A stretch of 63,472 bases of DNA, the filler included, from Chiloscyllium plagiosum (taxonomy: Eukaryota), in the NCBI RefSeq assembly GCF_004010195.1. It is 4 parts of one record of this genome, joined end to end, with 100 filler letters (N's around TTAATTAATTAA, not from the genome) between each part and the next. Parts side by side here need not be neighbours in the genome. Positions count along the whole stretch, not along the records: positions 49,503 to 63,472 come from NC_057711.1; 3 more parts are not named here. One strand, 5' to 3'. The notes under the pieces are model-generated. The model worked only from the letters and a program-made list of their open reading frames with translations, was not told where the DNA came from and searched no databases. Positions 50,772-61,100 of the stretch are shown here, in pieces (position 1 is the stretch's first letter; each line of letters starts with the position of its first letter). A program made the translations under genes and the position numbers.

Positions 50772-52730
50772 TATAGAGTCATAGAGATGTACAGCACAGA
50801 AACAGACCCTTTGGTCCAACCCGACCATGCTGACCAGATATCCCAACCCCAATCTAGTCCCACTTGCCAGTACGCGGCCCATATCCCTCTAAACCCTTCC
50901 TATTCATAAACCCATCCAGATGCCTTTTAAATGTTGGAATTGTACCAGCCTCCACCACTTCCTCTGGCAGCTTATTCCATACACATACCAACCTCTGTGT
51001 GAAAACGTTGCCCCTTAGGTCTCTTTTATATCTTTCGCCTCTCACCCTAAACCTATGCCCTCTAGTTTGGGACTCCCCCACCCCGGGGAAAAGACTTTGT
51101 CTATTTACCCTATCCATGCCCCTCATGATTTTATAAACCTCTATAAAGTCACCCCCTCAGTCTCCAATGCTCCAGGGAAAACAGCCCCCAACCTATTCAA
51201 CCTCTCCCTATAGCTCAAATCCTCCAACCCTGGCAACATGCTTGTAAATCTTTTCTGAACCCTTTCAAGTTTCACAACATCTTTCCGATAGGAAGGATAC
51301 CAGAATTGCACACAATATTCCAACAATGGCCTAACCAATGTCCTGTACAGCCGCAGCATGACTCCCAACTCTTGTACTCAATACTCTGACCAATAAAGGA
51401 AAGCATATCAAACGCCTTCTTCACTTTCCTATCTACCTGCGACTCCACTTTCAAGGAGCTATGAACCTGCACTCCAAAGTCTCTTTGTTCAGCAACACTT
51501 TCTAGGACCTTACCATTAAGTGTATAAGTCCTGCTAAGATTTGCTTTCCCAAAAGCACTCCACTGGTCACAGGCCTCCAGTCTAAAAAACAACCCTCCAC
51601 CACCACCCTCTGTCTTCTACCTTTGAGCCACTTCTGTATCCAAATGGCTAGTTCTCCCTGTATTCCATGAGATCTAACCTTGCTAATCAGTCTCCCATGG
51701 GGAACCTTGTCGAATGCCTTACTGAAGTCCATATAGATCACATATACTGCTCTGCCCTCATCAATATTCTTTGTTACTTCTTCAAGAAAACTCAATCAAG
51801 TTTGTGAGACATGAATTCCCACGCACAAAGCCATGTTGACTATCCCGAATCAGTCCTTGCCTTTCCAAATACATGTACATCCTGTCCCTCAGGATTCCCT
51901 CCAACAACTTGCCTACCACTGATGTCAGGCTCACTGGCCTATAGTTCCCTGGCTTGTCCTTACCACCCTTCTTAAACAGTGGCACCATGTTTGCCAACCT
52001 CCAGTCTTCTGGCACCTCACCTGTGACTATTGATGAAATAAATATCTCAGCAAGAGGCCCAGCAATCACTTCCCTAGCTTCCCACAGAGTTCTAAGGAAC
52101 ACCTGATCAGGTCTGGGGACTTATCTACTTTAATGTGTTTCAACACATCCAGCCCTTCCTCCTCTGTAATATGGACATTTTTCAAAATGTCACCATCTAT
52201 TTCCCTACATTCTATATCTTCCATATCCTTTTCCATCAGTAAATACTGATGCAAAATACTCGCTTGGTCTCTCCCCCGTCTCCTGCGGCTCCTTGCTGAT
52301 CTTTGAGGGTCCTATTCTCTCCCTGGTTACCCTTTTGTCCCTAATGTATATGTAAAAACCCTTTGGATTCTCCTTAATTCTATTTGCCAAAGCTATCTCA
52401 TGTCCCCTTTTTGCCCTCCTGATTTCCCTCTTAAGCGTACCCCTATTGTCTTTATACTCTTGTATGGATTCACTCGATCTATCCTGTCCATACCTGACGT
52501 ATGTTTCCTTCTTTTTCTTAACCAAACCCTCAATTTCTTTCATCATCCAGCATTCCCTATACCTACCAGCCTTTCCTTTTACCTTAACAGGAATATACTT
52601 TCTCTGGATTCTCTTTATCTCATTTCTGAAGCTTCCCATTTTCCAGCTGTCCCTTTATCTGCAAACATCTGCTCCCAATCAGCAAATGAAAGTTCTTGCC
52701 TAATACCATCAAAATTTGCCTTTCTACTTT
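50772..52730 (-). mobile_element. CR1/HER1-like LINE ORF2 and 3' end
   Basis: GEVPEDWRLANMVPLFKKG, PGNYRPVSLTS, DFSKAFDKVPHGRL and LVRPLLEYCVQFW. Same family as 1865-3127 and 58945-59803. Confidence 0.92.
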
Positions 52731-53533
52731 TCTCTTCAATGTTTACAAATTTCAAGCTGTCTGTTCTTAGACATTTCTTATCAAACTGTCTCCTCCAGAC
52801 CTTTGCAGCTGCTGTTTGTTCAGAACTCCCTGTTACCTTGAGATAACTCCTTCTCAAAGTAACTGTTGTGCTAACTTATGACCTCACTTAAATGCTGGAG
52901 CAGGCTTTTAATTCTGTTTAACTTCTGTCATCCATTTTCTGCAGGGCGAGAGGGACAGCTAGCTGTCAGCCATTTTGGGTATCTCAGTTAGGGGCACTCC
53001 ACAAGGGAAACAGGGAGTTCTGTTTTGAATACCTCAATCATGTCACCCGCAACCTTCTCTGTTCCAAGGAAAATAAACCCAACCTCTGTCCCTCCTCGTA
53101 GTTACAATTCTCCAGCCCTGACAACACTTTATCACTGTAAAGAACACACTTTACACATGTATTTCGGGATGACAGCCATTAATCGGTGGAGTTCTGCTGG
53201 AGTCAGTGTTGGGACTACAACTATTCACATTATACAGTGACAACCTGCAACAGTGGCTGAACGCTTCTGTTTATTTCCTTTCACATTTTCAGCACTGACA
53301 GTGTTTGCTTTCAACCAGGACAGTGTATGTGTGGCGTTGTTCTCATCTTAGAATCAACGCTGGGAGGGAGTTAGTGAGAAATATCAGGCCCAAGGCCTTT
53401 TGAGCAAACCAGGTGTAATTGGCAGGAAAGAGGGCAAGGGCCAGAACGACTGAGGGAGCACGCGCCTGAGATGCGGACAGAGACAAAGACGTTCCTGCCA
53501 ATGAACTTTGTTATTCAGAGGTTGAATCCTCCC

Positions 53534-54363
53534 TGTTACATGGCAAAGAATGAGGAGAGGTCTCTTATTACAACACAGAGGTGAACTGGTCTGTCACTTA
53601 AAGAAAACACCCAGAAAAGTTCACCTCAACTCATAATCTGTTCAAGTATGAGTGACAAGGAACTCCCAAGTTCCACTATTTAAAGAAAATAACTTCAAGT
53701 TATTTTTCTAAGTCTAAAAGTGAACATTAAACAACTATCCATAACTCTCAGCCCTCCTTTCTCTTAACTGCTTATTATCTGCCTCCAATTCTATAATAAC
53801 ATGCTGTTCCAATTAGACACTTACTAAAATTGCATCAACTTAGTTTCAAAGCCACACAGCTGCTGTCACCTTCTGTGTCTTCCTTCTTCCAGCTGATGAT
53901 CTCCCTGGCTAATCTTCTTTATTTTTACAGCGAGTATGTTTCATATGAAAAAGTACCCTTTGATAGAGACTGTTCCCTAATTTCTTGGAGAGCAAGATGT
54001 TAGATCTCCAGGCATTTTTGTCTCAATGATAGTTGCTCTCTGACCAATTTTCAAAAGGTCCTCATTTTATACCCCCCAACATCAGATCATCTCATTGGTT
54101 CGATGTTGGTAAAAAATAAATTGAAACTCAATTGAGTTTTATATCCTGGGACATTATTTAAACTGATTGATTAAATTTGAATTGTTGTCAAAACAGCAAC
54201 CAACTCAGGTATCTATTTCACAACCAAATGTTACATATTTTCAATTTTCCAATACACTCTAGGTTTGCCATCTAGTCATATACACAGGTGCTTGTAATCT
54301 CTCAGCTCAGAACAACATTCTCTCTCTCTTAAAGGTGCAGTACACACCTTCAACTTCATAACA
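53534..54363 (-). mobile_element. 3' LTR of the Gypsy (Gmr1-like) element
   Basis: Minus strand TGTTATG...TGTAACA, immediately preceded by the purine-rich AAGACGGG (PPT-like) and lying just downstream of the RNase H. Confidence 0.8.
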
Positions 54364-54540
54364 CCCGTCTTAAGAAAAAGAATGAACCATCATAATGAAA
54401 AGATGGCTTCCTTTCTTATTATTTCTTAATCCCATTACAATGAAATACATTTGTCATTAATCTAAGTTATACTTTTCATATTGATTTCTGCACACATATA
54501 TAACATTGGAATCAGTCAAATGTTATCTACTCTTTTCCCT

Positions 54541-55297
54541 TTAAATCTGCAATAACGCATCTGCTATCACATTTTTTCGACCTGCAACATGTACAATTTG
54601 TAAGTTAAAAGTCTGTAACATAAGACTCCAATGAAATATTTCCATATTTTTGTTTATAAATCTTTCCAAGAACGTGAGAAGGTAGTGGTCCGTGTACACA
54701 ACCATCTCCAACATGTTGATCGTCACATAAACATTAAAATGTTGTAAGGCCAGTGCCAAACTCAATTATTCGTTTTCGCTGGTAGAATATTTTCTCTGGT
54801 GGGTATAGAGTTTCTTTGAAAAGTAGCCAATTGGCCATTCAATTCCATCATCATCTTCCTGTAGCAGAACAGCTTCAAACCCAGTATTGCGAGGATCAAT
54901 TGCAATTTTGAAAGGTTTCAAAACATTTGGTGAAGCTGAAACTAGTGCAATGGTTTGTACAGTTTTTAAATTCTCAAATGCCTCTTGGTATTGTTCTGTC
55001 CAATGAAATGTTGTGTTCTTCTTTAGTAAATCCATCAGAGGTGCTACGTGCTGCTGAAGTTTGGAACAAACTCCCAGTATAATCTGCTTCATCCCAAAAG
55101 TTAAAGCACCTCTTTCTTCAAGGATGGTCATAAAAGTTCCTCAAAGGCCTTCGTCCTCACATTCCTTGGGGTCAACCTTCCATGACCAATGTTATATCCA
55201 AAGAACGTCACCTCTGCCTTCACGAATTCTGTTTTCTTTAAGTTTATTACCAGTTTCTCTTGTCATAATTGATCAAAGAGCTCTGCCAACTGTACCA
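54541..55297 (-). pseudogene. Gypsy RT C-terminus and RNase H (degenerate)
   Basis: LVINLRKTEF...VTFFG, APLMDLLKK..FHWTE, KPFKIAID...AVLLQ...PIGYFSKKL...KYST.E, VYTDH and AGRKNVIADAL. Confidence 0.88.
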
Positions 55298-55919
55298 NNN
55301 NNNNNNNNNNNNNNNNNNNNNNNNNNNNNNNNNNNNNNNNNNNNNNNNNNNNNNNNNNNNNNNNNNNNNNNNNNNNNNNNNNNNNNNNNNNNNNNNNNNN
55401 NNNNNNNNNNNNNNNNNNNNNNNNNNNNNNNNNNNNNNNNNNNNNNNNNNNNNNNNNNNNNNNNNNNNNNNNNNNNNNNNNNNNNNNNNNNNNNNNNNNN
55501 NNNNNNNNNNNNNNNNNNNNNNNNNNNNNNNNNNNNNNNNNNNNNNNNNNNNNNNNNNNNNNNNNNNNNNNNNNNNNNNNNNNNNNNNNNNNNNNNNNNN
55601 NNNNNNNNNNNNNNNNNNNNNNNNNNNNNNNNNNNNNNNNNNNNNNNNNNNNNNNNNNNNNNNNNNNNNNNNNNNNNNNNNNNNNNNNNNNNNNNNNNNN
55701 NNNNNNNNNNNNNNNNNNNNNNNNNNNNNNNNNNNNNNNNNNNNNNNNNNNNNNNNNNNNNNNNNNNNNNNNNNNNNNNNNNNNNNNNNNNNNNNNNNNN
55801 NNNNNNNNNNNNNNNNNNNNNNNNNNNNNNNNNNNNNNNNNNNNNNNNNNNNNNNNNNNNNNNNNNNNNNNNNNNNNNNNNNNNNNNNNNNNNNNNNNNN
55901 NNNNNNNNNNNNNNNNNNN
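55298..55919. other. Assembly gap (622 N)
   Basis: Continuous run of N. Confidence 0.99.
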
Positions 55920-56089
55920 CCCGTCCCTCATTCCCCCACTCCTCCACCCCTCCTTCCCCTCTCCTACCCCTTCTCCTTCCATCCCTCTCCCTCCCCTCCC
56001 TTCCCTTCCCACATCTCCTTCCCGTCCCCTCCTTCCCCCACTCCATTCCCCCATACCACGCCCCCACCCTCCATTCCTCCCCTCTCCTG

Positions 56090-58105
56090 TTGCGGGACTG
56101 GTGTATGGGAGAAGTGTTCACATTTTTGGATCATTGGGATCTACTTCGGGGTAGAAGTGACCTGTACAAGAAGGATGGATTACACCTAAATTGGAAGGGG
56201 TCTAATATACTGGCAGGGAGATGTGCTAGAGCTGCTCGGGAGGATCTAAACTAGTAAGGGGGTGGGGGGACCCAGGGAGATAGTGAGGAAAGATATCAAT
56301 CTGAGACTGGGACAGTTACGTACAGAAGCGAGTCAAACAGTCAGGGCAGGCAGAGACAAGGTAGGACTCATAAATTAAACTGCATTTATTCCAATGCAAG
56401 GGGCCTAACATGGAAGACAGATGAACTCAGCGCACGGTTAGGAACATGGGACTGTGAAAATAAAACAATGTACAGCTCAGGAACAGGCCCTTCTGCCCTC
56501 CAAGCCTGAGCTGATCCAAATCTACTGTCTAAACCTGTCGCCCCATTCCTGAGTATCTGTGTCCCTCTGCTCCCCACCTACTCATGCATCTGTCCTGACA
56601 CATCTTAAATGAATCTACCGTGCCTGCCTCTACCACCTTTGCTGGCAACATGTTCCAAACGCCCACCACCCTCTGTGTGAAGTACTAGCCGCGTGTATCC
56701 CCCTTAAAATTTCCACCTCTCACCTTGAAAGCACGACCACTCCTTATTGAATTCTTCACCTCTGGGAAAAAGCTTATCTCTATCCACCCTGTCTATACCC
56801 TTCATGATTTCATAAACCTCAATCACGGCCCCCCTTAAACTTCCTTTTTCTAAGGAAAACAATCCTAACCTACTCAACCTCTCTTCATAGCTAGCACCTT
56901 TCATACCACGCAACATCCTCGTAAACCTTCTCTGCACCCTCTCCAAAGCGTCCACACCTTTTTGGGAATGTGGTGACCAGAACTCTACACAGTATTCTAA
57001 ATATGGCCGAACAAATGTCTTGTACAATTTTAGCATGATTTACCAACTCTTATACTCAACACCCCGTCCAATGAAGGCAAGCAGACTATATGCCTTCTTG
57101 ACCACTCTATCCACCTGTGCAGCAACCTTCAGGGTACAATGGACCTGCACTCCCAGATCTCTCTGCCCATCAACCTTTCCCAAGGGTCCTCTGTTCATTG
57201 TATAATTCGCTCTCGAATTAGTCTTGCCAAAATGTATCACCTCACATTTCGGAGATACCATAGCAATTATGGAAATATGGCTCAGAGATGGGCAGGACTG
57301 GCAGCTTAATGTTCCAGGATACAAATGCTACAGGAAGGATAGAAAGGGAGGCAAGAGAGGAGGGGGAGTGGTGTTTCTGATAAGGGATAGCATTACAGCT
57401 GTGCTGAGGGAGGATATTCCTGGAAATACACCCAGGGACGTTAGTTGGGTGGAACTGAGAAATAAGAAAGGGATGATCACCTTATTGGGATTGTATTATA
57501 GACCCCCAAATAGTTAGAGGGAAACTGAGAAACAAATTTGTTCGGGGATCTCAGCCACCTGTAAGAATAATAGGGTGGTTATGGTCAGGGATTTTAACTT
57601 TCCAAACATAGGCTGGGACTGCCATAGTGGTCAGGGTTTAGATGGAGAGGAATTTGTTAAGTGTGTACAAGAAAATTTTCTGATTCAGTATGTGTGTGTG
57701 CTTCCCAGAGAAGGTGCAATACCTGACCTACTCTTGGGAAATACGGCAGGGCAGGTGACTGAGGTGTCAGTGGGGGAACACTTTGGGGCCAGCGACCATA
57801 ATTCTATTAGATTTAAAATAGTGATGGAAAAGGGTAGACCAGATCTAAAGTTCTAAATTGGAGAAAGGCCAATTTTGACGGTATTAGACAAGAATTTTCA
57901 AAAGCTGATTGGGGGCAGATGTTCGCAGGTAAAGGAACGGCTGGAAAATGGGAAGCCTTCAGAAGTAAGATAACGAGAGTCCAGAGAAAGTATATTTCTG
58001 TTCGGGTGAAAGGGAAGGCTGGTAGGTACAGGGAATGCTGGATGACTAAAGAAATTGAAGGTTTGGTTAAGAAAAAGAAGGAAGCATATGTAGGGTATCA
58101 AAAGA
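56090..58105 (+). mobile_element. CR1-like LINE (ORF1 end, APE) with an antisense CR1 3' fragment nested at about 56455-57250
   Basis: DGLHLNWKG, NCIYSNARG, GGGVVFLI, GLYYRPP and SDHN. The nested copy carries ERVQRRFTR on the minus strand. Confidence 0.88.
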
Positions 58106-58689
58106 GCTGAATTGCAGAGGGGAGGTGAGACAAACTGCCTATGATAACAATACTATATTTGACCGAGCATGGCATCAGGAAGCCCTAGTAAAACTGGAGT
58201 CAATAGGAAACACAAGGAAGTTGATTGTGCTTGTTGGAGGTCAATCATCTCCACTTGCAGGACTTCACTGCAGGAGTTCATCAGGGTAACATCTTTTTAA
58301 CTGCTTTGTCAATGACCTTCCTTCCTTCATAAAGGCAGAAGTGAGGATATTCGCTGATGACTACCCCATGTTCAACACCATTCATTTCTCCTCAGATACT
58401 GAAGCAGTCCATCTCCAAATGCAGCAAGACATGCACAATGTCCAGGTTCAGAGCAACAGTTGGAAATTAACATTCACACCACACAAGTGCCAGGTAATAA
58501 CCATTTCCAACAATTAAGAACCTAATCCGTCATCCCTTGACATTCAATGGCATTGAATTCCCCCATAATCAACATCCTGGGGGGTTACCATTGACCAGAA
58601 ACTGGAGTAGACTGTCAAAACACAGTGACTACAATAGCAAATCAGAGGCTAGTGAAACAACTAACCTGACTCCCTAAAGCCTGTAGACT

Positions 58690-59803
58690 AGTTAGTAAGG
58701 TTAGATCATACAGAATCCATGGATAGATAGCCAATTGGATACAAAATTAGCTTGATTGTAAAAGATAGAAGGTGGTGGTAGAGGATTTTTATTGGGACTG
58801 GAGGCCTGTGACCAGCAGTGTGCTGCAAAGATTGGTTCTGGGTCTACTGTTGTTCATCATTTATATCAATGATTTGGATGAGATTATAAGACTATGGTTA
58901 GTAAGTTTATGGATGCCACCAAAATTGGCTGTATAGTACAAAGAGATCTTGATCAGATGGGCCAATGAGATGAGAAGTGGCAGATGGAGTTTAATTTAGA
59001 TAAATGTAAGGTGCTGCATTTTGGGAAAGCAAATCTTAGTAGGACTTATACACTTAATGGTAAGTTCCTAGGGAGTGTTGCTGGACAAAGAGACCTTGGA
59101 GTGCAGGTTCATAGCTCCTTGAAAGCGGAGTCGCAGGTAGATAGGATAATGATGAAGGCTTTCGGTATGCTTTCCTTTATTGGTCAGAGTATTGAGTACA
59201 GGAGTTGGGAGGTCATGTTGTGGATAAATAGGACATTGGTTAGGCCACTGTTGGAATATTGCTTGCATTTCTGGTCTCCTTCCTATTGGAAAGATGTTGT
59301 GAAACTTGAAGGCTTCAGAAAAGATTCACAAGGATGTTGCCAGGCTTAGAAGTTTTAAGCTATAGGGAGAGGCTGAACAGGCTGGGGCTGTTTTCCCTGG
59401 ACCGTCAGAGGCAGAGGGGTCACCTGATAGAGGTTGACAAAATTATGAGGGGCATGGAAAGGGTAAATAGACAAATTCTTTTCCCTGGGGTCAGGCAGTC
59501 CAGAACTAGAGGACAAAGGTTTAGGGTGTGAGGGGAAAGATATAAAAGAGACCTAAGGGGCAAAGGTTTCACACAGAGGGTGGTACGCGTATGGAATGAG
59601 CTGGCAGAGGAAGTGGTGGAGGCTGGTACAATTGCAACATTTAAAAGGCATTTGGATGGGTATATGAATAGGAAGGGTTTGGAGGGATATGGGCCGGGTG
59701 CTGGCACTTGGGACACTTTTGGGTTGGGATATCTGGTCGGCATGGACACGTTGGACCGAATGGTCTGTTTCCATGCTGTACATCTCTATGAATCTACGAC
59801 TCT
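58690..59803 (+). mobile_element. CR1/HER1-like LINE RT end and 3' UTR
   Basis: MEFNLDKCKVLHFG, LVRPLLEYC, WNELAEEVVEAG and a short-repeat tail. Confidence 0.9.
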
Positions 59804-60303
59804 AAATCAGTAACCACTGACATTTGGATGAATTTCGAGTCAGTACAAATCAGTGAGCACTGACATTTCAAAACCTTTTGGGACAGTTTAAATCAGTAAC
59901 CATCCACACTTAGAAACACTGGGGGTCAGTACAAACCAGTAACCAGTGATTCATGGAAAAAAATTCTGGTCGAAAAACTGACTCTTAAACCAGTAACCAG
60001 TGATTCATGGAAAAAAATTCTGGTCGAAAAACTGACTCTTGGAAAAACTTTGGGGCAGTGCAAATCAGTAACCATCCACGCTTAGCAACATTTGTGCTCA
60101 GTAAAAATCAGTCACTACCGACACTGAGAAAATGTTCGGGTCAGTGCAAATCAGTTAACACTGGTACATGGAAAAAATTCTGGTCGGTGCAAATCAGGGA
60201 ACACTGACACTTCAACAAACTTTGGGGCAGTGCAAATCAGTAAGCGCTGACATTTGGAATAATTACGGGTCAGTTCAAATCGGTGAGCACTGACATTTCA
60301 AAA
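59804..60303 (+). repeat. Diverged minisatellite, about 43-bp unit, roughly 11 copies
   Basis: Recurring AAATCAGTAACCACTGACATTTGG....TT.GGG.CAGT.C. Includes an exact internal duplication of about 54 bp (59933-59986 and 59987-60040). Confidence 0.85.
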
Positions 60304-60304
60304 C

Positions 60305-61100
60305 GCTGAGAGGTGGCAGATGGAGTTCAACCTGGATAAATGCGAGGTGATGCATTTTGGAAGATCGAATTTGAAAGGTGAGTCCAGGATTAAGGATAGG
60401 ATTCTTGGCAGTGGGGAGGAACAGAGGGATCTTGGTGTGCAGGTATATAGATCCCTTAAAATGGCCACCCAAGTGGACAGGGTTGTTAATAAAGCATATG
60501 ATGTTTTGGCTTTCATTAACAGGGGGATTGAGTTTAAGAGTCGTGAGATCTTGTTGCAGCTCTATAAAACTTTGGTTAGACCGCACTTGGAATACTAAGT
60601 CCAGTTCTGGTCGCCCTATTATAGGAAAGATGTGGATGCTTTGGAGAGGGTTCAGAGGAGGTTTACCAGGATGCTGCCTGGACTGGAGGGCTTATCTCAT
60701 GAAGAGAGATTGACTGAGCTCGGACTTTTTTCATTGGAGAAAAGGAGGAGGAGAGGGGACCTAATTGAGATATACAAGATAATGAGAGGCATAGATAGAG
60801 TGTTTAGCCAGAGACTATTTCCCAGGGCAGAAATGGCTAACACGAGGGGTCATAGTTTTAAGCTGGTTGGAGGAAAGTATAGAGGGGATGTCAGAGGCAG
60901 TTCTTTACACAGAGAGTTGTGAGAGTACGGAATGCGTTGCCAGCAGCAGTTGTGGAAGCAAGGTCATTGGGGACATTTAAGAGACTGCTGGACATGCATA
61001 TGGTCACAGACATTTGAGGGTGCATACATGAGGATCAATGGTCGGCACAACATCGTGGGCTGAAAGGCCTGTTCTGTGCTGTACTGTTCTATGTTCTATG
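60305..61100 (+). mobile_element. CR1-like LINE 3' fragment
   Basis: [35 protein letters not shown] and a (TTCTATG)n tail. Confidence 0.92.

Noticed and set aside
55061..56254. Longest ORFs in the track (263-397 aa)
   Set aside because: They read through the 622-N gap and a low-complexity C/T tract.
59804..60303. Regularly spaced repeats as a CRISPR array
   Set aside because: The whole unit is repeated with no unique spacers, the context is eukaryotic, and there are no cas genes.
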